Source: Malacoraja senta (taxonomy: Eukaryota). Taken from it: a stretch of 64,000 nucleotides of DNA. The stretch's first letter is position 1, and each line of letters starts with the position of its first letter. Below are positions 20,460 through 32,179 of the stretch, piece by piece. The stretch spans positions 1 through 64,000 of the forward strand of contig JAXLNO010001170.1 of the NCBI GenBank assembly GCA_038087875.1. Reading direction: 5' to 3'. The position numbers and the translations under genes are program-made. Under the pieces are notes generated by a model. The model saw nothing but the letters and a program-made list of their open reading frames with translations. It was not told the DNA's origin and searched no databases.

Positions 20460-20537
20460 CACACTGCGGCATAGAAGCGACTGATCCGAACAAAAACTCT
20501 CTCCCGTCATTTCGATCTAATCTTCACCAGACGGCGC
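20460..20537 (+). promoter_or_regulatory. 23-RSS plus mutated CTCF-like motif (C2)
   Basis: CACACTG 20460-20466, ACAAAAACT 20490-20498; CACCAGACGGCGC 20525-20537 (G>C in the core). Confidence 0.85.
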
Positions 20538-21723
20538 TCTCTTCCATCTTCCAAAAACACTCCAACCCAAATAGAATATTACCCTCAAACACGAAGCGCC
20601 GTGCTTCATCTTCCAACTTACTTTACATTCTTGGTTTGTTTTTTTTATTCCTACTCGGTCGACGGGCCTTTTTTTTGCATTCCCCGTCTAAATTCCATCT
20701 TTTATCCTCACAGTTCCTGACGTGATTTTTCCCCATAATGCTCCACAAGGCTCCTGTTTCCACCTCACTACTCCGCGATATGCGTTTAACAAGTGATTCT
20801 GGAAATGAGGGTTCGAAACCCTCTGAACTCAGTAAGAATATAATCAACGAACAAAACAGGGCAGCACAGTGGCGCACAGTGCTGCAGCCTCATTGCGCCA
20901 GGGACCCGGTTTCGATTCTGACCTGCTATATCGTCTGTGTGGAGTTTGCAGGTTATCCCTGTGATCGCGTGGATTTCCCCCGGGTGCTCCGGTTTCCTCG
21001 CATAACCCAAGGACGTGCGGGTTTGTAAGTTTATTGGGCTCTATAAATTGCCCCTGGTGTGTAGGGAGTGGAAGACAAAGTGGGATAACGTTCGCTAGTG
21101 CGAACGCGTGATCGATGGTCTGCACGCACTCGATGGGCAGAAGGGCCTGTTTTTTCCGCGCTGTGTCTCCAAACTAAATTGAACCCTATTCAAAACACAG
21201 AAAAATGCAGAGCTTTGGGAGAATGTTTGAGAGACTTCGCGATATCGGGATGCATGCCCGAGGAATCATCAAATCCTTATATTAATATTACATCGTTACG
21301 TGATCAGGTCGCATTAAGAACGTTAGAAGACGTTAAATAAAGAGTAAAACCATGTCCCCTTTTGTTCTTCTTGCTCCTACATTGGGCGTGAAGGCTCTCT
21401 GCATCACCCCTTCTATTCCCCTCATTGTGTTATAAACCACTGTAAGATCACTCTCCGGCTTCCTGCCCTCCAAGGTATAAAATCACAGGCTGCACAACTT
21501 CTTCATTTGGCTCAGGCCCCCGTGTTTCAAGTCGACTCCAGAATCTGGAGGACAAACATATTAAACTGCCTGAAGAACTCACGTGTCCAACAACACCTGA
21601 GGCAAGAGGTCAACAATTCGGTGAAGACCCAAGGCCAATATTGCCCCTTTCATCTCTCTACGCGTCTCAAGCAGATTTTATTATTCATTTGGGGCATTTA
21701 TAAACGCTGTGGTATGAGGTTAT

Positions 21724-22012
21724 AGAAACATAGAAATTAGGTGCAGGAGTAGGCCATTCGGCCCTTCGAGCCTGCACCGCCATTCAATATGATCATGGCT
21801 GATCATCCAACTCAGTATCCCGTACCTGCCTTCTCTCCATACCCTCTGATCCCTTTAGCCACAAGGGCCACATCTAGCTCCCTCTTAAATATAGCCAATG
21901 AACTGGCCCTCGACTACCCTCTGTGGCAGAGAGTTCCAGAGATTCAACACTCTCTGTGTGAAAAAAGTTCTTCTCATCTCGGTTTTAAAGGATTTCCCCC
22001 TTATCCTTAAGC
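21724..22012 (-). mobile_element. Copy-specific 5'-truncated CR1 insertion
   Basis: Reverse CR1 3' end flanked by TTAT at 21720-21723 and 22013-22016 (candidate TSD); the site is empty in the other C-A intervals. Confidence 0.8.
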
Positions 22013-22935
22013 TTATTAATTGGAATATATTTCACACAATGACATAAATTGAACACCGCACACCGGATAAGGAAATGGTATAATTGAGCCAACTATGTAT
22101 TTTCTCGGGAGGCTATAGTCTATGTATCTATGTGTCTATGTATCGCTGCATCTGCAAAACGCCCTTTACCCTTGTATGGTCTCGCTCGGAAGCAGGCGGG
22201 TGTCAGAAATTGGGGAGACAGACAGACCAACGTAGCCTATGAACACCGACAGCAACATGAATGGCGCTGCAGGGAAAGACGATGCATATAGAGAGAGATT
22301 CCGATACAAGAGATAAAAGAGAAAGAGAGAAATTATCCAGTTGAATGGAAAGGGCGGTGAGGAGAAGGAGAGAACGAGCACGAGATAGTGGAAGTGAGGA
22401 GAGTGAGTGAAGAGAAGAGATATTGAGCGTGAGAAAAGGGGAAGGACTGAGAGAGAGTAGAGAGACAGTGTACTTTGAGAGAGAGTGTGTATGTGCGTGT
22501 GTGCGTGTGTGAGAAAGAGAGAGAGAACAAATGTGTGAAGGCGTTTGAGAGCGAAAGATGGAAGAGAAGGGAAAGAGAGGAGGAGATGGGGAGAAGGGGA
22601 CAGTTAGTGTGGAAATAGAATGCACGCTCCACAGAGAATGAGAGGAGGAAGCGAAGTGATTGCTGGGAGAGAAAAGGAGTGGGAGAGGGACACAGTGTGC
22701 GTGTTCTAGAGATAGTCAAAAAAGAGCGAGAGAGAAAAAAAGAACCTCGGGTATTGCCCGAACGTGTGAAATTAGAGGCGGGGCGATTTCCGCGAAACCA
22801 ACCAATCCAACACCAGGGAACTGTCCCCGGTTATCTTTAATGAGCCTGGTCTGAGCTTTCTGTCGCATGTCTGATGCGAGGGGTGAACATACTTATAAAC
22901 ATTTTCTCCTCGTCTCTTCGTTCAAACCGGACACC

Positions 22936-23695
22936 ATGAGTTCCTCGTGGTCCTTTCTGATAATGATGTTTGTGCTGCCCGGTGAGTCTGTGCTAAACTG
23001 CTCAGTGTTACGTCCGGGGCTCCAATTTACCGTCGGACTGGGCGGCACGGTGGCGCATCGGCATAGCTGCGGCCTGACAGAGCCAGTGACCCGGGTTCGA
23101 TCCTGACTACGGGTGTTTGGCTGTACAGAGTTCGAACGTTCTCCCCGTGACCTGCGTTGGTTTTCTCCGAGATCTTTTTGTTTCTTCCCACACTCCAAAG
23201 ACGTACAGATTAGTAGGTTAATTGGGGGCATAGTGTAAATGCAAAACTGTCCCTCGTGTGTGCAGGTTAGTGGTAATTTGCGGGGAACGCTGGTCGGTGC
23301 GGACACGGTGGGCTGAAGGGCCTGTTTGCGCGCTGTATCTCCAAACTAAACTAAACGATTCACTCGCGTGTTATGTTCGTTCTTACAGGAACGGGCGGCG
23401 AAGTGTCCGTGTCCCAGGATCCGCCGGAACAAACGGCCGTGGAAGGACAAAGCGTCACAATGAACTGCAGTTACCCTGCAGCGTTCAATGCCTACGCGGC
23501 CTTCTGGTACATCCAATATCCCGGGGAGGCGCCAAGATATCTACTCAAGAGACTGAGCACTGGGTTTGCGGACCAGTCGCCGGATTTGCCTGACAGGTTT
23601 TCTGCTGTTTTTCAGAAAGATAGTAGGACGGTCCCTTTAATTATCTCCGCGGCCCTTGTTTCAGACTCGGCCGTGTACCTGTGCGCCATGACGCC
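22936..23695 (+). pseudogene. TCR V segment A3, intact ORF but RSS spacer, nonamer and CTCF motif deleted
   Basis: Leader 22936-22981, open V exon 23389-23695; then CACACT|AAACGAAGG, about 86 nt shorter than A1 (CT microhomology). Confidence 0.85.
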
Positions 23696-24686
23696 CACAC
23701 TAAACGAAGGAGGTGCTTTTGCGAATCCGCAGAGAACAAATACTCTGTAGGTGCCTGATGTCTACAGTATATTTTCCCTTTGTCTCTGCAGGTGTAGCTC
23801 ACCCTCTCGGGGCGGCACAGTAGCGCAGCGGTGGAGTTGCTGCCTTGCTGCGCCAGAGACTCGGGTTTGATCCTGACCTCGGGCGTTGCGTTTGAGGAGT
23901 TCACAGCTCACCCTGTGACTGCGTGGATTTACTCCGGGTGCTGCGGTTTCCCCCCGCGCCCCAAGGACACGTGCGTTTATAGTGTCTTTGCAAATTGTTC
24001 ATAATGTGTTGGGAGTGGATACAAAAGTGGGATAACATAGATAACAAATGTATGATCAATGACCGGTGTGGGCGATGAGCAGCGCTGCATCTTTTACTCA
24101 ATTCAGAAATCAGATTTGGTTCCTAATAAAAGGACCCTAGACCTTCCATAAAATGTGCAAATCGCCAATCTGAGTTGCAAGGCGCTAGGTTGAGCCAAGC
24201 GAAGTGGAGTTTAGTCGTGTAGTTTTGTTTAGAGATTAGTTTAGAGATGCAGCGCGAAAATAGGCCCTTCGGCCCAACGAGGCCGCGCCGACCAGCGATC
24301 CGCGGACACTGGCACTATTCTGCACACTAAGGACATTTACAATATTTACCGGCTCGGCTCGCGGTGGCCCTCCTCGCTCTCGGAGGCTTTCAAAAAACTC
24401 TCGGACGTTCCCTACATACTCTCGACGGTCTTCCTGCGCTCTCGGCAGCCCCGCCCGACCCCGGTGGCCCCACCAGGCGGTTCGTTGAGTTATGCGGGGC
24501 GCATCTGGGGAGCTTTCTGCCTCAGCTTTCTAAGTTGTATGTGCGCAACCAATCATGTGCAGGAAACGCCCCTTAGAGTGTACGGTAGTGAACCGGATAT
24601 TGGCTTCTATTCACACATCGGATACGAGGCAAGGGCACAGTGTGAAAGTCGTCTCCTTCTCTCACTCTCGTTCCAAGTCGGGCACC

Positions 24687-25626
24687 ATGTGCGCTTCGTG
24701 TCTCTTGGCGCTGATACTCCTTGTGGTGCCCGGTGAGTTTGTGTTTCGTTGTTCAGTGTGCAATCCGTGACTTCCAGGTACTGCCCGTTCTCTGACACGG
24801 GGGTTCAACGTAGGTTCACCTGGTTAATTCCCGGTATGGCGGTACTGACATATAATGAATTAATGGGTCGACTGGGCTTGTATTCACTGGAATTTGAAAG
24901 GGTGAGAGGAGATCGTATAGAAACATATAACACTCTTAAAGGATTGGACAGGCTAACTGCATGAGAAATGTTCCCGATATTGGGGGAGTCCAGAACCAGG
25001 GGTCACACAGTTTAAGAATAAGAGGTCGGCCATTTAGGGCTGTGACGAGGAAAAACATTTTCCCCCAGAGAGTTGTGAATCTGTGGATTTCTATGGAAGG
25101 CAGTGGGGGCTAATTCACTGATGGTTTTCAAGAGGGAGTTTGACTTAGCTCTTAGGGCTAACGGAATCAAGGAATATGGGGGGAAAGCAGGAACGGTGTA
25201 CTGATTTTAGATGATCAGCCATAACCAGATTGAATGGTGGCACTGGCTCGAAGGGCCGAATGGCCTACTCCTGCACCTATTTTTCTAAGTTTCTATGACA
25301 CGCTCTGTGCTTTGTTATAGGTACCCGTGGCGGTGACTCAGTGATTCAGTTCCCGCTGCAACTGGCTGCCGAGGAAGGACAGAACCTAACACTGAACTGC
25401 ACTTACTCCGAAGGATTCAGCGCCAACTTTGCCTGCTGGTACATCCAATTTCCCGGGGAAGCGCCTAGATACGTAGTGATGATATACAGCCATGGGGCAG
25501 GCAACCGGTCTCCAGATTTCCCGGACAGGTTTACTTCCGTGTTTCATAAAGCATCGAGGACTGTTCCTTTAACTATCTCCGGGTTCGCGTCTCCGATTCC
25601 GCCGTGTATCTCTGCGCCTTGAGGCC
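24687..25626 (+). pseudogene. TCR V segment D2, -1 frameshift in a G run
   Basis: Leader 24687-24732, V exon 25321-25626 (306 nt); ATCTCCGGGTTC versus ATCTCCGGGGTTC in D1 and D3. Confidence 0.75.
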
Positions 25627-25702
25627 CACACTGCTGCAGAGATGGGGCAGATACGGACAAAAACCCATTCTTGAGTTCCAGTCAGCTGCCACAAGGGGGC
25701 GC
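25627..25702 (+). promoter_or_regulatory. 23-RSS plus CTCF-like motif (D2)
   Basis: CACACTG 25627-25633, ACAAAAACC 25657-25665; CCACAAGGGGGCGC 25689-25702. Confidence 0.9.
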
Positions 25703-27441
25703 CGCAGTCCGTTGAATATACGTCATTCGGAAAATAAACCCGAGGAGCCGCCGGAAGATGCCGGAATACACAACCGCCACTGCAAGAGTGAGGCCACACG
25801 CAAACTGGACGAGGAACATCCCATATTCCACTTAGGAAGTTAACTGCCGAACGGCATGAACTTTGAATTCTCCAATTTAAAGTAATAGCCGTCCTACCCC
25901 TCTCCCTCTAGCGCCATCCCACCCCTTTGCGCACCCATTTCTCCCACTTTCACACACCAGTCACCTTTCCTCTCCATTGGGCACTGATTTTCCCATTACC
26001 TCTCTATCCCCTTCACTTGTTCCTAATGTATCCGTCCCACATGGTTTACATTTCACACCTCTTCTCCTCTCCGTATCCGACAGCCCTTTGTCCTCTTTCC
26101 ATTTCTAGCGCTTGTCTCTTATTCTACCCACGTGGCAAACTCTTTTCCAGTTTTCTCCCCCATGTGACAGAAGGAGGGTCTCGACCCGAACGTTGCCTGT
26201 CCATTTCCATCCACAAATGCTGCCTGACCCATTGAGGTCCTTCAGCACACCGTGTTTTGCTCAAGATACTCGTGGTATCTCTTGCTCTGCAAAGCTCTCC
26301 TGGTCAAGTCGCAGAGTTATCTTCTCCCAATCCCCCTACATCTCCGTGCCGAACATAATGCCGAATTGAACCAATTGAGCACGTTATGACTGAGCTGAGT
26401 AGGTTTTAGGTTTGATTTTGGTTTATCATTATCACATGCACCCGCGAATAGTGGGCTTTGTTTTGCATGCTACCCAGTCGGATTAGATAATGTTATATAT
26501 AAACACAATCAAGTCAAGCTCAAGTATAACAAGTAGGGCAAAGGGACAGATACAGCGTTCAGAATTTTTTTCTCGGCATTGTAGCGCACCATTATAAGAG
26601 AGGACGTCCAATGTCCGCAATTGGGTAGATCTGCACAGGACAATACCCTAGTTTATGGGAGAACCATTGACAAGCCTGATAACAGAGAAGAAGCTGTTCG
26701 CGAGTCAGGCGATTAGTTCGTCCAAACGGTTGTATCACCTGGCCGACGGACGCGGAGTTGTGTAGGTCTCATGATGTGCGGACTGGATTTCCGGGGCGTC
26801 GTTAAGTGTACATGGAATCAGTTGTGGGATGTCTGATGTGGACTTTTCGCTGCAATGTCTTGCGTTCTTGGGCAAAGCTGTTCCACACCAAGCCGTGACG
26901 CAGTTCGGCAGTACGCTTTCCATGGTTAGAAGTAGTCACCGGAGACATTTTTCTCCGTTTCCTCAAGAAAGAGGGGCGCAGGTGTGACTTCTTATCTATC
27001 ACGTCAATATGGTTGGTCCACAAGGGACGGTTAGTAATATTAACCCACAGGAGCTTGAAGCTCTGAACCATTTCCATGTTGTCGCCATCGAATCTGACTT
27101 GGGCAGGTACTCAGTCAAACGCCCCGAAGTCCACAAGTAACTCCTTCATCTTTCGTCTTGCTGACATTGAGGAAGAGGTTGTTGTCCTGATTCCATGTTA
27201 AGATGTAATACTGAGCTGTGTGCACTTGGCAGCTGAATCTTGCGTTTACTGATAAATTCAACACCCGGAAGAACCCACTGGTCTATTTGAGTTGGATGAC
27301 GTGGTTAAAGAAGATTGCTGTCCAACCAGCAAGGCCCAAGAGAGAAACCAATCCGGAATCGGGGTACGCCCTCTATCTGTAACAAATGGGCACCAAACAT
27401 CGCATTGACACCATTGTCTTCCCAGCCTCCAACAGATCACC

Positions 27442-27883
27442 ATGTGCCGTTCGCGTGTTCTGCTGATAATAACTTTCGTATTTTCCGGTAGGTTTGAGAA
27501 AGAAAAATTATCGATGGTGCGCACTGAGGATTTGATTTTCCTCCACGATACTCACAATTGTGTGCGTTGTTTACAGGAACCAGCGGCGAGGATGAAGTGT
27601 CGCAGAAACCGCCTGAACTGACGGCTGTAGAAGGACAGACTGTAAGGTTCAATTGCACGTATTCCGCAGCATTAGATGCGAGGACTGCATTCTGGTACGT
27701 CCAGTATCCCGGGGAAGCGCCGAGATATATACTGAAGAAATTAAGAACAGGGTACGATGATCGATCTCCCCAATTAGCAGCCAGATTTGTTATCGCTTTT
27801 GACACTGAGAATAGGATCGTGTCTTTGGACATAGCGGGGACTCTCGTCTCTGATGCTGCCGTGTACCTCTGTGCCGTGAAGCC
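27442..27883 (+). CDS. TCR V segment E2, intact
   Basis: Leader 27442-27487, V exon 27577-27883 (FNCTY, FWYVQ, YLCAVKP). Confidence 0.9.
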
Positions 27884-27958
27884 CACACTGCTTCAGAGAA
27901 GCAGCAGACCCGGACAAAAACGCACTGAGAGATCCAGCGCGCGGCCACCAGAGGGCGC
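27884..27958 (+). promoter_or_regulatory. 23-RSS plus CTCF-like motif (E2)
   Basis: CACACTG 27884-27890, ACAAAAACG 27914-27922; CCACCAGAGGGCGC 27945-27958. Confidence 0.9.
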
Positions 27959-29402
27959 TCGCTGGGTTGAAATAGTTAATCAGAGAAATCCGTTTCCTGG
28001 CATCCAGTGGAACTGTGAATTTAACCTTGTCTGGACCAATGGAAGCGCCATTTTCCAACGTTCACTACAATCTGAAATGGCATTGGTTAAGTCCTAATCA
28101 ACTAAGGATTCAATAAACATTTGAGGTGATTTGATGAGTTTGACTGCACGGAAGCAAGTTTTCGATTGCGTCGTGTAGGCGCCTCTCATCGCACATACAT
28201 CAACGCCTGTTTTTACACGAATGCTCTTTCAATCGTGTCGTATTCCTATCAACCCCCTTAGATTCCCCCCCCAACACGATTTGAAAGTTTACAGTGCACA
28301 ACTCACCCAGCGAGCCCGCAAACATCTGGAACGTGAAAACACGTTTCGGGTCGGGACGCCTCTTCAGACATCTTCAGATCGAAAGAGCTACGAACGGAAA
28401 CGTTTATCCACTTACTCCTCAGATGCTGTCTGACCCGTTGAATTCCTGCAACTCAGAGGTTACTGAAGTATCCAGCGCCTCTTGTTTTTGCACTACCTTT
28501 TGTATTAATGTTTGTTTAATTGCATTTCATTCATGGGTGAATTATCCGGATAGCTCGCTACACAATGTTTTTTTAATGTATCTCATACGTGATAATAATA
28601 AATGGATACCAATACCAATATCAATAACAATCTTTACACCAATCACAATACCAGTTCCAATCCCACTACCAAATCCAATTGCAAGTCTAATACCAAAATA
28701 ATCCAAGCTGATTCAGATACGGCGCTGAGGGAAGGATGAAAATCACCCTCCACGCTCGATTCTCCTGCGTATAATTATTCCGTCGTCTTGTTCTTGATTG
28801 TAAATTTAGTCGCCGTGTTGTTATGTAAGGTGCACGAAAAACTGCATCTAACAAGAATTTGGTCGATTGATTACAAATATCAGCTTGGAAGCAGGGCCTT
28901 GGGCCCGACAGGTCGCCGCCGACTGTCGGTCACACGTTGACACTAGTCCCATCCCACCTTCGCATCCACTGTCTACAATCTGGGCGCAATTCGTCGAGTC
29001 CAAATATCCAAGATTCTGCGCATGTTTGAGATGTACGAGAAAACCATAGCAACCATAGGCAAACTATGCGTGACAGGGAGAACTTACTAACGTCACACAA
29101 ACAGAACTCGGGGTCAGGACCTGGGTTTCTGGCGCTGTGATTCAGCCGCTCAACTGGCTGCGCTTCTGTGCCGCCCAGATATTCTTTTCCCGTTGCAATT
29201 AAAAAACCTTGACAATGGACTATTGTTCTTTGACTCCTTTCTACTGAAGGGGCTGTGCTTATAGCTCTCTGATTGTGACTATAAGTGACTGGACGAGCAA
29301 GGGAGCGAGAGAGGAAGAGAGGTAGGGCGGGGAGATAGATGGAGTGTCAGAAAGATATGCAGATAGAAAGAATGTAGACGATTAAACAGACAGAGCAAGA
29401 GC

Positions 29403-31117
29403 TAAGGAAGACATAAATAATCTGCCGGAAATAGCCGGAAATAGCAGGGGGCCGCGGGTCAAAGGAGATGGAGGAACTGAGTGAAATCCAGGTTAGTCGG
29501 GAAGTGGTGTTGGGTAAATTGAATGGATTAAAGGCCGATAAATCACCAGGGCCAGATAGGCTGCATCCCAGAGTACTTAAGGAAGTAGCTCCAGAAATAG
29601 TGGATGCATTAGTGATAATTTTTCAAAACTCTTTAGATTCTGGAGTAGTTCCTGAGGATTGGAGGGTAGCAAACGTAACCCCACTCTTTAAGAAGGGAGG
29701 GAGAGAGAAAACGGGGAATTACAGACCAGTTAGTCTAACATCGGTAGTGGGGAAACTGCTAGAGTCAGTTATTAAAGATGGGATAGCAGCACATTTGGAA
29801 AGTGGTGAAATCATTGGACAAAGTCAGCATGGATTTACGAAAGGTAAATCGTGTCTGACGAATCTTATAGAATTTTTCGAGGATGTAACTAGTAGAGTGG
29901 ATAGGGGAGAACCAGTGGATGTGTTGTATCTGGACTTTCAGAAGGCTTTCGACAAGGTACCACATAAGAGATTAGGATACAAACTTAAATCACACGGTAT
30001 TGGGGGTTCAGTATTGATGTGGATAGAGAACTGGCTGGCAAACAGGAAGCAAAGAGTAGGAGTAAACGGGTCCTTTTCACAATGGCAGGCAGTGACTTGT
30101 GGGGTACCGCAAGGCTCAGTGCTGGGACCCCAGCTATTTACAATTTATATTAATGATCTGGACGAGGGAATTGAAAGCAACATCTCCAAGTTTGCGGATG
30201 ACACTAAGCTGGGGGGCAGTGTTAGCTGTGAGGAGGATGCTAGGAGACTGCAAGGTGACTTGGATAGGCTGGGTGAGTGGGCAAATGTTTGGCAGATGCA
30301 GTATAATGTGGATAAATGTGAGGTTATCCACTTTGGTAGCAAAAACGGGAAGGCAGAATATTATCTAAATGGTGGCCGATTAGGAAATGGGGAGATGCAG
30401 CGAGACCTGGGTGTCATGGTACACCAGTCATTGAAAGTAGGCATGCAGGTGCAGCAGGCAGTGAAGAAAGCGAATGGTATGTTGGCCTTCATAGCAAGAG
30501 GATTTGAGTATAGGAGCAGCGAGGTTCTACTGCAGTTGTACAGGGTCTTGGTGAGACCACACCTGGAGTATTGCGTACAGTTTTGGTCTCCAAATCTGAG
30601 GAAGGACATTATAGCCATAGAGGGAGTGCAGAGAAGGTTCACCAGACTGATTCCTGGGATGTCAGGACTTTCATATGAAGAAAGACTGGATAGACTTGGC
30701 TTATACTCGCTAGAATTTAGGAGATTGAGAGGGGATCTTATAGAAACGTACAAGATTCTTATGGGGTTGGACAGGCTAGATGCAGGAAGATTGTTCCCGA
30801 TGTTGGGGAAGTCCAGGACAAGGGGTCACAGCTTAAGGATAAGGGGGAAATCCTTTAGGACCGAGATGAGGAAAAACTTTTTCACACAGAGAGTGGTGAA
30901 TCTCTGGAACTCTCTGCCACAGAGGGTAGTTGAGGCCAGTTCATTGGCTATATTTAAGAAGGAATTAGATGTGGCCCTTGTGGCTAAAGGGATCAGGGGG
31001 TATGGAGAGAAGGCAGGTACGGGATACTGAGTTGGATGATCAGCCATGATCGTATTGAATGGCGGTGCAGGCTCGAAGGGCCGAATGGCCTACTCCTGCA
31101 CCTATTTTCTATGTATC
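29403..31117 (+). mobile_element. Young 5'-truncated CR1-clade LINE with an uninterrupted 520-aa RT ORF (29468-31030)
   Basis: KSPGPD, NYRPVSLTS, QHGF, YLDFQKAFDKVPH, GVPQGSVLGP, FADDTKL motifs; inserted at GCAAGAGC|GTGCG just before the (GA)n tract of the C3 promoter; the 3' end runs into the gap. Confidence 0.95.
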
Positions 31118-31270
31118 NNNNNNNNNNNNNNNNNNNNNNNNNNNNNNNNNNNNNNNNNNNNNNNNNNNNNNNNNNNNNNNNNNNNNNNNNNNNNNNNNNN
31201 NNNNNNNNNNNNNNNNNNNNNNNNNNNNNNNNNNNNNNNNNNNNNNNNNNNNNNNNNNNNNNNNNNNNNN
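31118..31270. other. Assembly gap (153 N)
   Basis: Run of N where paralogs carry the (GA)n microsatellite. Confidence 0.99.
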
Positions 31271-31495
31271 AAGATAGAGGTGGAGCAAATTAGCGTGCGT
31301 AAAGTAAGAAGGCAAGTGATCAAATTGCATCGGTTGTGAACAGCCAATCGTGCAAGAGGGGGACGCTCCTTAGTCTCCCCAACAGAAAAAAAGCTGCCCA
31401 TGATTTCCGTATCCTCTCACATATACTGTACAACGCGAGACATGAACGCAGTCGAATCTTTTCGTCCTTACAGAGCTGTTTACAAACTACATGCC

Positions 31496-32101
31496 ATGAG
31501 CACCTTCTGGTCTCTCCTGATGATAATTTTCGTATTTCCAGGTGAGCCTATGTTGCAATGGTTCCGAAGCGGAAAGTGTCTTTGATACACTCCCAGTTTG
31601 CACACAGTTCATTGAGTTTCTGTTGCGATTTTTCGTGAGCTAAACGTGGCTTTGATACACGCGCGACAGCCATCCCAAACTGTAGATATTGTGAAGGAAG
31701 GTCTGTTCCTGTGCTGTACAGATCGATGTTATTTGTTGGTTATTTGTTGTAGGCTTTCAGCTTCATCGCATGTTTCTTTTTTGCTTTATTATAGGACGCT
31801 AAGGCGAAGAATCCATGTCTCAATATACGCCTGAACTCACTGTTGTTGAAGGACAGGCCGTAATACTTAATTGCAATTACCCCAAATCTTACAATAATAA
31901 GGTCGCTTTCTGGTACATTCAGAATGGTGGGCAAGCGCCGAAATATCTACTAAAAAATTTTAATGCCGATTCCGGAGATCGGGCTCGTGAATTGCCAGAG
32001 AGGTTTTCTGCTGCTTACCACAAAGAGAATCGCTCGATACCTTTAAGTATCTCCGGCGTCCTTGTCTCCGATTGCGCCGTGTATCTCTGCGCCATGAGGC
32101 C
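31496..32101 (+). pseudogene. TCR V segment C3 (MSTFW leader), premature stop
   Basis: Leader 31496-31541, V exon 31795-32101; TAT>TAA at 31800-31802, two codons into the exon; also DSAVY>DCAVY. Confidence 0.85.
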
Positions 32102-32179
32102 CACACTGCGGCATAGAAGCGACTGATCCGAACAAAAACTCTCTCCCGTCATTTCGATCTAATCTTCACCAGAGGGCGC
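32102..32179 (+). promoter_or_regulatory. 23-RSS plus CTCF-like motif (C3)
   Basis: CACACTG 32102-32108, ACAAAAACT 32132-32140; CACCAGAGGGCGC 32167-32179. Confidence 0.9.
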
